From positions 195,232 through 259,231 of the forward strand of contig JAHYJR010000001.1 in the NCBI GenBank assembly GCA_019429005.1: a stretch of 64,000 bases of DNA, written 5' to 3'. This document shows positions 50,705 to 60,669 of the stretch, piece after piece (positions within the stretch are counted from its first letter, which is position 1; each line of letters begins with the position of its first letter). The stretch comes from Nanobdellati archaeon. Lineage in GTDB: Archaea; EX4484-52; GLR71. The notes under the pieces are model-generated. The model was given only the letters and a program-made list of their open reading frames with translations, was not told the origin of the DNA and made no database searches. Position numbers and translations under genes: made by a program.

Positions 50705-50902
50705 ATGCTCAAAAAACAATCTCAAATCGGTTTAAGTCTATTTTTAATAGGTATCGGTGCGTTGATTATTGGTTATGATCTACTAAAAAACCTAAATAGT
50801 TCTGTTTCTTTGTTTATAGCATCAATCTTTGTATTAATCGGTATCGCTTTATTCTTAAATTCTAAAAAACCGTTAAGGCTTCAAACAAAAATCAAGGTTT
50901 GA
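50705..50902 (+). CDS. Small 2-TM membrane protein
   Basis: 65 aa, two hydrophobic helices. A truncated paralogous copy lies upstream at about 50531-50646. Confidence 0.4.
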   Translation: MLKKQSQIGLSLFLIGIGALIIGYDLLKNLNSSVSLFIASIFVLIGIALFLNSKKPLRLQTKIKV

Positions 50903-51455
50903 TCCTTTCAATCCTATAATATGTTGCATCGCCTTCTTCATCAACAACAGCAAGAAGTGCTCTTGCACGTATGTTTTGGCTAAGTCTAACATATCGAGAC
51001 CATTCTTGATATGAACTTGTATAGTTCTCAGGTACTGCATGGACATTAAATTTTGTATGTTCTTTAAGGTCTTTTGAACCGCCTTTATACGGATTAACAC
51101 CTCTATCATAAACTCTAAAATGTGTTCCAAATTTAAATCCCGATTTAACTATATAACCACGATTTCTAAGGTCTCTATAGACAATATATTTATGTGCAAA
51201 CTCTTTGTCTATTTTACATGCAATCGAATAAAATGTCTTTATATCAATTTCTTTTTTAGCTTTCATTAAGACCATATGTTCTCTTTCAAGAAGAATCATG
51301 GTCTCTTCGAGACTAAGAAGGAGGTATTTTATTTTTTCTTCTTCAATAATTTTACCGAAATATTTTTCCTGGAATATAGGATTCCATTCTTTTTCATTCC
51401 ATATAACTACTTTGTTTTCAAGAAGTTCTGCAGTGACTATTGTGTTTTCAACCAT
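50892..51455 (-). CDS. endA: tRNA-splicing endonuclease
   Basis: 187 aa. Catalytic region YRDLRNRGYIVKSGFKFGTHFRVY and ..ALLAVVDEEGD match the EndA catalytic domain. Confidence 0.88.
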   Translation of the reverse strand: MVENTIVTAELLENKVVIWNEKEWNPIFQEKYFGKIIEEEKIKYLLLSLEETMILLEREHMVLMKAKKEIDIKTFYSIACKIDKEFAHKYIVYRDLRNRGYIVKSGFKFGTHFRVYDRGVNPYKGGSKDLKEHTKFNVHAVPENYTSSYQEWSRYVRLSQNIRARALLAVVDEEGDATYYRIERIKP

Positions 51456-51486
51456 TTAAACCACTTGCGTTTTATATTTTTAGATA

Positions 51487-51560
51487 TGGGGCCAGCGTGA
51501 TTTGAACACGCGACACCTAGATCTTCAGTCTAGTGCTCTCCCAGGCTGAGCTATGACCCC
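51487..51560 (-). tRNA. tRNA-Phe (anticodon GAA)
   Basis: Hand-folded. Acceptor GGGGTCA/TGGCCCC; D-arm GCTC-AGCCTGGGA-GAGC; anticodon stem CTAGA/TCTAG with loop CTGAAGA; T-arm GCGTG-TTCAAAT-CACGC. CCA not encoded. Confidence 0.88.
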
Positions 51561-51569
51561 ATATGAATA

Positions 51570-51645
51570 TGGCGCCCCGGGCAGGACTCGAACCTACGAC
51601 CTCGTGATTAACAGTCACGCGCTCTACCTACTAAGCTACCGAGGC
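51570..51645 (-). tRNA. tRNA-Asn (anticodon GUU), CCA encoded
   Basis: Acceptor GCCTCGG/CCGGGGC with discriminator G plus CCA; D-arm GCTT-AGTAGGTA-GAGC; anticodon stem CGTGA/TCACG with loop CTGTTAA; T-loop TTCGAGT. Confidence 0.88.
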
Positions 51646-51702
51646 ATAAAGCATTATTTCTAGGCATATTTTTATAAACCTATCTAGATAATGCATTTAA
51701 TT

Positions 51703-52791
51703 TTACTCTATAAAATCTTGTGCTGCTATTTTTTTTGGAAGGTATTCGTTTGCTACAAAATCAAGACTTTTGCTTGCAAGAGCTTGCTGTTCTATTCTGA
51801 CACCTTTTTCAATCATAGTTGTAATTTCTTTTGTCCATTCTTTTGTTTTGAACCATTCATACTTCAAAAGTTGTTTTGCACGTGTTTTATCTACATCTTT
51901 GAGTTTTTCTGTAACTTTTTGTAAACCGTATGTTTCAATATCTGCCATAGTCATACCAATGAATTTTGCAGATGGTGTTGCAAGTCTTCTTGATTCGTAT
52001 GCAAGATTAACAGAGCCTGTCTTTACAACAGAATGGATATAATATCCCCAAGGATCACCATCTGTATATGTATATACTGGCAGTTTAAGTCTCTCATGCA
52101 TTATATGTATAAGTCGTCTTGCACCTCTTGCAGCCTGACCTCCAAGACCTATTAAAATTGCATGATTTTTAATATGGAATTTTTCTTCAACAAGTCTATC
52201 TACCATAGCTTTTGTTTCAACTACAAGTATGTATTTTGCATTACAACTTACAAATTCATAATCATCTACAATAGATGGTATTGAAAGACCCGATTTACCA
52301 AGTTTTGAACAATCAATTAAGTCACCCATATCTTTTATGACAATCTCACCAAAAAGGTTTCCTTTACTGTCTGCTTTAAGATGTAGGTGTTCTCTTAATG
52401 AATCAAGCATAGTCTCAAGATCTTCTATCAAAGGATCTGATTCAGTCTGACCTTCAAAAGTATTTTCTTTTGTACCTGGAATAGTATGTTTTAATTCATA
52501 ATAAAGTTCTCTGATACTTGCTGATTTACCCATTTCAAGAAGTTCTTTACATTTTTCAGCAATCATCATGCTTTGCATAAATTTTCTTGTATGTGCAATA
52601 TTTAGAAAATTACGTGATGTTCTTTTATCTCCAAGGAATAAGTAACCCAATTTACTATCAAAATGTACATTTGAAAATGATCTTAAAGGGAGTGTAATTG
52701 AAGGGTCTATTGTTGCTTCTATATCTTTTACTAGCCTTTCAGCATTCTGTTTTATTTTTGCAATTATTTCTTTATCAGTATCAAGTTCCAT
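51703..52791 (-). CDS. top6A: DNA topoisomerase VI subunit A (Spo11-like)
   Basis: 362 aa. Winged-helix/CAP region with catalytic Tyr, then Toprim domain. Immediately downstream of top6B. Confidence 0.88.
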   Translation of the reverse strand: MELDTDKEIIAKIKQNAERLVKDIEATIDPSITLPLRSFSNVHFDSKLGYLFLGDKRTSRNFLNIAHTRKFMQSMMIAEKCKELLEMGKSASIRELYYELKHTIPGTKENTFEGQTESDPLIEDLETMLDSLREHLHLKADSKGNLFGEIVIKDMGDLIDCSKLGKSGLSIPSIVDDYEFVSCNAKYILVVETKAMVDRLVEEKFHIKNHAILIGLGGQAARGARRLIHIMHERLKLPVYTYTDGDPWGYYIHSVVKTGSVNLAYESRRLATPSAKFIGMTMADIETYGLQKVTEKLKDVDKTRAKQLLKYEWFKTKEWTKEITTMIEKGVRIEQQALASKSLDFVANEYLPKKIAAQDFIE

Positions 52792-52805
52792 ATCATATCA
52801 CCCTT

Positions 52806-54575
52806 TTATATTTCATCATCATCATCTTCTGGTTTGTCTCCAAATGTATCTTTTGGACTAGTTTCTTCATCTTCATCATTAAACAGTTCTATTCCTTTAC
52901 CTTTCATACTCACTGTTGTATCTCCAATTTTTTCAACTATAAGTTTTTGAAGATTTTTATTTATTGTTTCAGCGTCATGCCCTGTAATACCACTAAGTAC
53001 TTCAGCAAGTTCTGCAGCATAGGTTTCGAAAGTTTTCTTTCGTGATTCGGCAAGTCCGACTTTCTTCTTTTTTGATACATATTGAGATAGTTTTCTTGCA
53101 GCCTCTTGTAAAGCTAGTTTAAGTTCTTTTAATATAGGAGGGTATGATGCGATAGCTTCTTTACCTTCGGATGTATAAGGTACCCATACTGATGCAAGAT
53201 GAACTGAGATTATCAAAGGTCCTGTTGGTATAGAACCAGAGCTTTGTGATAAACTATATCTTTTCCATTCCATCTGTATTATTGATTTTGTTATAGCACA
53301 AGCAGATTGTTCATAAAGTAGGGGCATTTTATTTGCATATCTTATGATTTTTGCATTACCTTCTTTTTCTATATCACCACCGAAACCCATTGCAACTTCA
53401 ACAAGGAACGGATGGCCTTTATAAACCATAGGTGGTCTGCTAACAACTGCAAGAAATTCAGGATGTAATTCTTTTTTAAGCCCTTCTTTCATTGAACTTT
53501 CACCAATAGGTGATAAGCAATCTGTTGGCGGTTTTTGTAATTTTGAGAGTGCAATTTGATCAAGTATACTTTCAGCTTCATCACGAGTTACTGTTCTTGG
53601 ACTGACTTTCGGGTCAACTCCTGCATCCGTACATATCTGTACTGCAGTTCCACGACCAATTCTTGAAAAATCTGTTGTAAGGAATCCTGTAAGATTTCGC
53701 GATTTTGTCATTTTAAGCATTCTTATGAAAAGACCAAGTTCAATACCTTTTGGATGTGGTTTAATGTCTTTTGCAAGTGGTGGAAGCGTTTCAACAACTC
53801 TTTGATATTCATGTTGTTTACCTGTTGGATCAATAAATACGATTTTTGCATAGGGATTTATTATTGCGCTCTGTTTTATGTATTCTTCAATACCTTGTTT
53901 TCCTTTTGTGTATTTTCCTTTAACATCTAATTCAATTCTTACTCCATGACCGTCACCCATAAGTACATTTTCAGATAAAATATCAGGTTCATTTCGTGTG
54001 GTATCTATATGAATTTCATACACGTTTATTTTTCCATCATTTATCCGTGAATAGACTTTTGTTGGTTTTCCTGTTGTAAGCTGTGCATATAAAACAGATG
54101 CAGATATACCAATACCCTGTTGCCCTCTTGATTGTTTAAGGTTAAATTTACCTCCATACAGAAGTTTTCCAAAAACCTTACCAACATTAGCTTTTACAAT
54201 ACCTGGACCATTGTCTTCAATAATAATCTTAAACTTATTTGCGCCAAGATCCTTTAATTCAACATATATGTTAGGTAATATTCTCGCATCTTCACATGCA
54301 TCAAGTGAATTATCAACTGCTTCTCTAACACAGGTTAAAAGTGATTTTTGAAGGTTTTCAAAACCAAGAAGATGTTTATTTCTCTCAAAGAATTCTGCAA
54401 TTGATATTTCTCTATGTTGTTTTGCAAGTTTATCTGCTATGGTTGTTCCAATTGTTGGTTCTATATCATCGTCATCATCATCAAATTGGTTTGTTAAATC
54501 AGTTACATCTTCTGTTTCTGTATTCAATTCACTTTCATTATCTACCATTTCTTCTTCGTTTTCATCTTCAGACAT
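52806..54575 (-). CDS. top6B: DNA topoisomerase VI subunit B (GHKL ATPase)
   Basis: 589 aa. Bergerat fold motifs EAVDNSLDA and DNGPGI; transducer domain; acidic N- and C-terminal tails. Confidence 0.88.
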   Translation of the reverse strand: MSEDENEEEMVDNESELNTETEDVTDLTNQFDDDDDDIEPTIGTTIADKLAKQHREISIAEFFERNKHLLGFENLQKSLLTCVREAVDNSLDACEDARILPNIYVELKDLGANKFKIIIEDNGPGIVKANVGKVFGKLLYGGKFNLKQSRGQQGIGISASVLYAQLTTGKPTKVYSRINDGKINVYEIHIDTTRNEPDILSENVLMGDGHGVRIELDVKGKYTKGKQGIEEYIKQSAIINPYAKIVFIDPTGKQHEYQRVVETLPPLAKDIKPHPKGIELGLFIRMLKMTKSRNLTGFLTTDFSRIGRGTAVQICTDAGVDPKVSPRTVTRDEAESILDQIALSKLQKPPTDCLSPIGESSMKEGLKKELHPEFLAVVSRPPMVYKGHPFLVEVAMGFGGDIEKEGNAKIIRYANKMPLLYEQSACAITKSIIQMEWKRYSLSQSSGSIPTGPLIISVHLASVWVPYTSEGKEAIASYPPILKELKLALQEAARKLSQYVSKKKKVGLAESRKKTFETYAAELAEVLSGITGHDAETINKNLQKLIVEKIGDTTVSMKGKGIELFNDEDEETSPKDTFGDKPEDDDDEI

Positions 54576-55111
54576 TAAAATTCACCTTCAGTATTTTTGA
54601 TATTTTCAAGATATTTATAAACATTTTTAATCTCTTTATGATTTAATATCATTTCAATAGCATGTTTTGCTTTTGCAACTTCATCTATATGTCCAAGTAC
54701 AGAAATCGTTTTTCCATATACTGCGATTTTTGCACCTGTAAATCGTTCAATATTTTTTTTAACTTTACCACCCGTTCCGATAAGTCTAGCTTTAACACGC
54801 GATAATGTATTTTTGTTTTTTCCAAGCATTGATTCAATAGATATAACGAGGAGATCTGTATCATCTTTTGAAAGTCTTTTTATTTCACTCAAATTAAAGC
54901 CCCGTGTGATTGCTAAAACGCCTTTTTTTGCTTTCCATACATTAAAACCGTCTTCACTACTAATTGTAACTATACCTGTTTCTTCAATATGTATTTTACA
55001 CATGAATTCTTTTTCAATCTCAATTTTTGTATGGCCTTTATCACCTATAAGTATACCAATTCTTGATGGTGATATTCGGACTGTATCTATAATCATTTTA
55101 TACTTCTCCAT
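54575..55111 (-). CDS. KH-domain RNA-binding protein (two KH domains; Dim2/Pno1-like partner of RIO kinase)
   Basis: 178 aa. IGILIGDKG and IGTGGKVKKNIE GXXG-type KH loops. Stop overlaps the top6B start (TAATG). Confidence 0.78.
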   Translation of the reverse strand: MEKYKMIIDTVRISPSRIGILIGDKGHTKIEIEKEFMCKIHIEETGIVTISSEDGFNVWKAKKGVLAITRGFNLSEIKRLSKDDTDLLVISIESMLGKNKNTLSRVKARLIGTGGKVKKNIERFTGAKIAVYGKTISVLGHIDEVAKAKHAIEMILNHKEIKNVYKYLENIKNTEGEF

Positions 55112-55213
55112 ATTTATTTATAACCTTTTATTTGTTCAATATAAAAATCTTTGTATCTTACTTTAAATTTTTGGTTACTAAAAAAATAAAAGCCTATCTA
55201 TATAAGATTTATT

Positions 55214-56314
55214 ATGGTTACTGGAAATTTATTAAATTGTATTACTGATGCATGTGTTTTTATAGAAAAATTATCATCAAAAAAGATTTGTATTGTTTAT
55301 CATGATGATTGTGATGGTGTATCTTCAGCAGCTCTTCTCGTTAAGTATCTCTCAAAAGATAATGATATTGAAACAGTTTCTGTACGAAATGCTCCATCTA
55401 TAACTGAAGATCTTATGTCAATTATATTAAGTAAAAAACCCGATGTTGTTATTATTGCAGATTTTGCTGGAGGTATTGATATTTCAGCAAAAACATTTAG
55501 TGAAAATGGAATATTTACTCTTGTGTTAGATCATCATGTTCCAGGAATTTATTTATTTCACGAAGATGTTATTTATTCAAATCCTCGCCTTGAAAATTTA
55601 TCAATGCCAGCATCTTCATACATTTACGAGATTTTATCTAATATAATTAATATGGATGAGTATCTTTGGATTGCTGCAGCTGGAACTATAGCTGATTTCG
55701 GTGCATCGGAAAGACCTGATCTTGTAAAGGCTTGTATAAAACGTTACCCTGATCTTTTTGAATACGATGGTCTTGATAATTCAAAGTTATTTGATACCTC
55801 TTTTGGTTTAATTCCAAATAGTGTGAGTTATGCAACTGTGTGGGGTGGATATAAGGGTGCCGAATTTGCTCTTAAATGCATGCTTTCATGTAATACGCCT
55901 TATGAATTTATTTCAAAAAAAAATGATGATCTTAAAAAATTATTTGAGAATTATACTGATGTTGAGTCCGAGATTCTAAAGAATGTTGATTTGTTTCGGA
56001 AACAACATAAGACTCAAGGTAAAGTCAAATACATGGTTATTGAATCAGGATATCAAATAAAATCGATAATTTCAACAATTGTTTCTCCTAAAGAAACTGC
56101 TTATGTCTTTATAGTTATACAGGAAAAAGGTAACGAAATGTCTATGTCTTTAAGAAATCAATCTGGTGATTATAATCTTAATAACATAATACAGCTTGCG
56201 TCAAAAGATATTGATGCACATGGTGGTGGGCATCCAAAAGCATCTGGGGCTGTTGTTTCAAAGAAAGATTATGGTACTTTTTTAGAAAATCTGTTGAATT
56301 TAATAAACGGTTAA
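55214..56314 (+). CDS. DHH-family phosphoesterase (RecJ-like/nanoRNase-like, DHH plus DHHA1)
   Basis: 366 aa. Motifs HDDCDGVSS, LVLDHH, and C-terminal GGGH (DHHA1). Confidence 0.72.
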   Translation: MVTGNLLNCITDACVFIEKLSSKKICIVYHDDCDGVSSAALLVKYLSKDNDIETVSVRNAPSITEDLMSIILSKKPDVVIIADFAGGIDISAKTFSENGIFTLVLDHHVPGIYLFHEDVIYSNPRLENLSMPASSYIYEILSNIINMDEYLWIAAAGTIADFGASERPDLVKACIKRYPDLFEYDGLDNSKLFDTSFGLIPNSVSYATVWGGYKGAEFALKCMLSCNTPYEFISKKNDDLKKLFENYTDVESEILKNVDLFRKQHKTQGKVKYMVIESGYQIKSIISTIVSPKETAYVFIVIQEKGNEMSMSLRNQSGDYNLNNIIQLASKDIDAHGGGHPKASGAVVSKKDYGTFLENLLNLING

Positions 56315-56324
56315 AATTTATTAA

Positions 56325-57053
56325 TTAATCAGCTATGATAAATTCATACAAATCAGTTTCATTTGTTTCAACACCTAACGAATTAAAATATTTGACAATA
56401 TTTTTTACATCTCGTTTAAGAAATGTTTTTACTTGTGGATGGTTTTTGAGTACTGATTGTCCCATGTCTATAAAGACTGGTTTTTCATCTCTTACAAGTA
56501 TATTGTATTGACTTAAATCTGCATGAACTAGATCAGCATCTTTAAAGAGTATTCTCATCATTTCTTTTACTTCATTAAAAAATACAGTAGGATCTTCAAG
56601 AATTGTTTTTGATAATTGGTTTGCAATCTGTCCTCCATCTTCAATCATATCCATTATAAGAACATTATTACGTACACAGCGTGTTTTTGGAACACTTAGA
56701 CCCACAGAATGTGCTTTTTCAAGATTTCGCATTTCTTTTTGACACCAAGTTTCTACAATTTTTCGTTTGGTTTTACCAATTTTTACAAATCTGTTATCGC
56801 CTTGTATATATTGCATCATATTTGTAAAACTTGATGTAGCTATCATATAAATTTTAATTATAACTGTATTTCCATTCAAATCTTTTCCAAGAACGATTTT
56901 ACTTTCTTTTCCCGATTTAATTATGCCCATAACTTCATTTATACATTTTTTATCTATCATTTTACCTAAGGTATCTATCGTCAGTTTATCATAGATATAT
57001 GATCTAATTTTTCGATCTTTATCTGCACGTTTTTGTTCAGCCATATGTCTCAT
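56325..57053 (-). CDS. rio1: RIO-type serine/threonine protein kinase
   Basis: 242 aa. RIO domain motifs: catalytic LVHADLSQYNILV and metal-binding IDMGQSV. Confidence 0.88.
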   Translation of the reverse strand: MRHMAEQKRADKDRKIRSYIYDKLTIDTLGKMIDKKCINEVMGIIKSGKESKIVLGKDLNGNTVIIKIYMIATSSFTNMMQYIQGDNRFVKIGKTKRKIVETWCQKEMRNLEKAHSVGLSVPKTRCVRNNVLIMDMIEDGGQIANQLSKTILEDPTVFFNEVKEMMRILFKDADLVHADLSQYNILVRDEKPVFIDMGQSVLKNHPQVKTFLKRDVKNIVKYFNSLGVETNETDLYEFIIAD

Positions 57054-57085
57054 CTTGGCATTTTTAGAAAAAATATAGGCATTAT

Positions 57086-57454
57086 TTAATGCCCTTCGAG
57101 ATTTTTAAGATATCCTTTTTCTTGGAGTTGCGGTACTTGATATTTTGTATATTTATATATTATATCTCCACGTTCATCACTTTGTACATCCCAAGGGACT
57201 ACAATAACATAGGTTTCTTCTCTAAGCCACATTCTTTTTCGGTATTTTCCAGGGACTCTACAAATTCGAATTTTTTTATCACTACAAACAACTCTTAATT
57301 TACCAAAACCTAACCTTTGTTCTATGATTCCTAGTAATTCATTATTTCTCGGTGTTCTGACTCTTTGCGGTAAAGTAGGATCTACAGTTGTAATCTTTTT
57401 TTTATTCTTATTAATTGCAGGTTTGAATGTTTTTTTATATATTAAAATCACCAA
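57086..57454 (-). CDS. eif1a: Translation initiation factor 1A (aIF-1A)
   Basis: 122 aa. S1-like OB fold; sequence RVRTPRNNELLGIIEQRLGFGKLRVVCSDKKIRICRVPGKYRK is a classical eIF1A. Confidence 0.9.
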   Translation of the reverse strand: MVILIYKKTFKPAINKNKKKITTVDPTLPQRVRTPRNNELLGIIEQRLGFGKLRVVCSDKKIRICRVPGKYRKRMWLREETYVIVVPWDVQSDERGDIIYKYTKYQVPQLQEKGYLKNLEGH

Positions 57455-58153
57455 TTATTTTTTTTTATCTGTAATCGCTATTGTTGTCCGATGTACTTCT
57501 TTTCCGTCTATTTGACCATATATTTTATATGAATCTTTAAGTACCATATCATATTTTTCATGAAGTTCTCGTGCAATCTTATTTGTAACTTTTTTTGATC
57601 CCATCTTGAAATCATAGCCATTAGGGATTTTTTCACAACTTAAAATAAATGAATTGCGTATTTTTTTACTATATTCAAGTGTTCTTTGTTCTATATATTC
57701 TTTAATTTCTTTGTTTTTATTAATCTTTCCTCTAAGTTGTATTGTTGCTTCAAAATATCCACTTTTAAGTCTTGTGCATTCTGGACAGAATGTTGTTATT
57801 ATTGTCAATATTTTTTTTTTCTCATCAAAAAATCCGGATTTTTCACCAGTTATTGTTATGTAGATCTTAACTTTTCCAGTAACATATTGCATTTGTGAAA
57901 GGTCATAATCCATATTAATTTTTGTATCTTTTTCAGCTTTAATATTATCATTAAGGTATTTATCTATTGCTTTTTTTAATGAATCTTTGATAACCCATCT
58001 GTTTTTTTCAAAAAGTTTACCACAGTTACAGATTTCAAGTCTAAGCGGTTCATTTACAACAAACAATTTTTTATGTTCATTATAACATTCATAACATAAT
58101 GAATCTATTAGTTTATCAGTATCTTTACCACATTTAGGACAAAATTTTCTCAT
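57455..58153 (-). CDS. NMD3-like zinc-ribbon protein (ribosomal export protein NMD3 family)
   Basis: 232 aa. N-terminal FCPKCGK...LCYECY double CxxC as at NMD3 N-termini, with further CxC/CxxC pairs. Shorter than typical archaeal NMD3. Confidence 0.45.
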   Translation of the reverse strand: MRKFCPKCGKDTDKLIDSLCYECYNEHKKLFVVNEPLRLEICNCGKLFEKNRWVIKDSLKKAIDKYLNDNIKAEKDTKINMDYDLSQMQYVTGKVKIYITITGEKSGFFDEKKKILTIITTFCPECTRLKSGYFEATIQLRGKINKNKEIKEYIEQRTLEYSKKIRNSFILSCEKIPNGYDFKMGSKKVTNKIARELHEKYDMVLKDSYKIYGQIDGKEVHRTTIAITDKKK

Positions 58154-58324
58154 ATAATTAATAATTTTGTTTATTTCTTTTTAATTTTTTCTATAAAAAA
58201 AAATAATATGTATAAAATAATTATATTTTTAATTTAATATTTAATCTAATAATTATGTTGGTAATTTGAATTATTTCTATTAATTATCTGATCAATAGAA
58301 TTATAACCTATTTTGGTTAAATTA

Positions 58325-58618
58325 TCAAATTTTAAAAATAATAATATGTTTATGTCCACAGGTTGTGTGTGCATCATTTTTATTGATTATTTTTATATTA
58401 GAAAGTGCATTAATTATTTTGTTACCTGTAATATTTGCACTAAAACACGTTTCAATAGCCAAAAGAATCTCTTCAATTGTTGCAGATTCACCCAAATAAA
58501 AATGTTCATCTATTGAAAGAACTATATTATTTTCTTCAAAAACTAGACCAATAAGATCTTTATCACAAACAGCAATAATTGTTCCTTGATCAGTATTATA
58601 AGTCTTTAAGAAAAACAT
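58325..58618 (-). CDS. Conserved hypothetical protein downstream of aIF2-beta (DUF424-like position)
   Basis: 97 aa, no catalytic motifs. Small conserved ORFs often follow aIF2-beta in archaeal genomes. Confidence 0.3.
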   Translation of the reverse strand: MFFLKTYNTDQGTIIAVCDKDLIGLVFEENNIVLSIDEHFYLGESATIEEILLAIETCFSANITGNKIINALSNIKIINKNDAHTTCGHKHIIIFKI

Positions 58619-58621
58619 AAC

Positions 58622-59053
58622 TTAACCAACCTTTGAGATTGGTCTTTTAGCACCACAGGCCATACATTTCATAAAAGTCTGTTTACCTTCTTTCATTATC
58701 TTTGTATCGGGTTTCTTACATTCATGACATAGAACAAAGTCAGTAACATATCTTTTGAATTTTGTGTTTACCATATTTCCAGTTAATTTACCTTTAAATA
58801 TGATTTTTTGTCGTTCTATAGTTCCGGGACTTGCAAGTTCTTTTCCAAGATATTTTATAATGTCTTTAGGATCTCTATATATTATTTTTGAAACTTCTAA
58901 AAGATTTGATACTTCAGTTTTAGAACCAACAATAATTGTTTTTAATATTGGCATTTCGAATCGTTCTTTCGTATATGATTCTTCTGGAATCTGTTTTATA
59001 CATTTTTCTAACAGTTTGTTGTAATCATATTTTTCGTTTAGATTCTTATCCAT
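58622..59053 (-). CDS. eif2b: Translation initiation factor 2 beta subunit (aIF-2 beta)
   Basis: 143 aa. C-terminal C4 zinc ribbon CHECKKPDT...CMACGA and conserved central region. Confidence 0.9.
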   Translation of the reverse strand: MDKNLNEKYDYNKLLEKCIKQIPEESYTKERFEMPILKTIIVGSKTEVSNLLEVSKIIYRDPKDIIKYLGKELASPGTIERQKIIFKGKLTGNMVNTKFKRYVTDFVLCHECKKPDTKIMKEGKQTFMKCMACGAKRPISKVG

Positions 59054-59110
59054 AATAAAGCACCTTTAGTATATAATGTAAGTATATAATGTAGTATTGT
59101 AACTATAATT

Positions 59111-59797
59111 TTATATATCTAATAAACTTATAATGATATCCTTTACCTCATTGAGATTATTAATTACGGTATAAGCTCCATAGTGCATAAGGGTTGATTT
59201 ATCATCAATTCCACTTAAGATGCCAATTGTGAGCATGCCTGCTTTTATCCCCGCAATAATATCATTTTGAGTATCTCCTATAACTAAGCATTCTTTGGGA
59301 GTGAAACCCATTTTTTCAGCACATAACAGAAATATGTCTGGTTCAGGTTTTCCATACGTTACATATTCAGGTGTGATTATATAGTCAAAAAGTATTTTAT
59401 TTTGTTTAAGTATATTTTCTGCAGTAATTGTAGGTGTACCTGTCCCAATTGAAGTTTTTAATCCTTGTTCTCGTAACCATTTGACTAGATATATATTGTT
59501 TTTACTTATTGTGTCTTTTGTAATTATAAGATTATTGAATTTTTGTATTAGTTTTCGATTCATTTCATCTATATTAGGTGTGTCTTCATTAGTGTTTTTA
59601 TGATATTTATTAACAACCTGTTTTAAAATATCAATGGCAGAAATACCATAATAATGATAAATTTCCGAATCTGTAATGTTTAGACCAATCTCAGTAAACA
59701 CGGTTTGATATGCTTCAAGGTATATTGAATTTGTTTCAGACAGTGTGCCGTCAAGATCAAATATAACGGCTTTGATTTTTGTTTTTTTAGGTTTCAT
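59111..59797 (-). CDS. HAD-superfamily hydrolase (beta-PGM/phosphoglycolate phosphatase-like)
   Basis: 228 aa. Motif I VIFDLDGTL; motif III/IV GDTQNDI. Confidence 0.75.
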   Translation of the reverse strand: MKPKKTKIKAVIFDLDGTLSETNSIYLEAYQTVFTEIGLNITDSEIYHYYGISAIDILKQVVNKYHKNTNEDTPNIDEMNRKLIQKFNNLIITKDTISKNNIYLVKWLREQGLKTSIGTGTPTITAENILKQNKILFDYIITPEYVTYGKPEPDIFLLCAEKMGFTPKECLVIGDTQNDIIAGIKAGMLTIGILSGIDDKSTLMHYGAYTVINNLNEVKDIIISLLDI

Positions 59798-59839
59798 ACT
59801 CTTTAAGACCTTTTAAAATTATATAGATTTTTATGTTTT

Positions 59840-60652
59840 TTAAAGAACCCGTAAATTCCCAGCTCTTGGTTCATAACAAGTGCCATCTTCAAGAAGTGCT
59901 TCAATAATTTTTTCAGCTTCTTTTTCAGTAAGTCGCGATTTTTCAATTACGGTGTCATAATCAGCACCATTTCCAGAATCTTCTGTATTAATAATTTCAA
60001 TTATTTTCATTCGGGGTGTTATATTTTTTGTTTCAATTTCGTCTTTTATTGCTTCAAAATTCTCATTTTCACAATTAATTAAGGTTTTTGTTTGATTATT
60101 ATCTTTTTTTTGAGTTTTAATGATTTTAATTTGTTTTTCTTCTGTTTCTCTTTTTGGTTTAGACTCTGTTTTAATTGTATTTTCAATATTTTCTTTAGCA
60201 TTTTTCTCGTGAATTATATTTTTAGAACTTTTATTTTCTATAATTTCAACATTATTTAGATAGGGGTTTATGCTTTTTGCAATCTCAAGTTTTCGTAATG
60301 TTTCAAGATTTGGATTCTTCACTTCAACAATAATTTCAGGTTGTATATAGACTTCATCATTCCATTTTTTTATTTTTCCAATAACTTCTATAATATATCC
60401 TTTATTAATATTTTTGATTTTATCTAAATCACTAAATAGTTTACATTGTATTGTTTCTGACCCATCATCAATTGTAATTGTTGCATATCTCCCATCATTT
60501 GAGATATATTTGTTTATGAGTGTACCAAGAACTCGTACACGGTAAACAGATTCACCTGTTATATGTTTTATAAAATCTATGTTATTATTATCTTTTTCAC
60601 ATTTGTTCTGGAGAATATCCTTGATACGTATTTTTTTTGATGGATGTTGCAT
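59840..60652 (-). CDS. OB-fold protein with C-terminal winged-helix (RPA-like or MCM-associated)
   Basis: 270 aa. Central OB-like region (VRVLGTLINKYISNDGRYATITIDDGSETIQCKLF), acidic linker, C-terminal IIEALLEDGTCYEPRAGNLRVL. This resembles the MCM C-terminal wH of the next gene (IITKLKNDGELFEPRNGKIKKV). Confidence 0.45.
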   Translation of the reverse strand: MQHPSKKIRIKDILQNKCEKDNNNIDFIKHITGESVYRVRVLGTLINKYISNDGRYATITIDDGSETIQCKLFSDLDKIKNINKGYIIEVIGKIKKWNDEVYIQPEIIVEVKNPNLETLRKLEIAKSINPYLNNVEIIENKSSKNIIHEKNAKENIENTIKTESKPKRETEEKQIKIIKTQKKDNNQTKTLINCENENFEAIKDEIETKNITPRMKIIEIINTEDSGNGADYDTVIEKSRLTEKEAEKIIEALLEDGTCYEPRAGNLRVL

Positions 60653-60669
60653 AAAATCACATTATTTTT

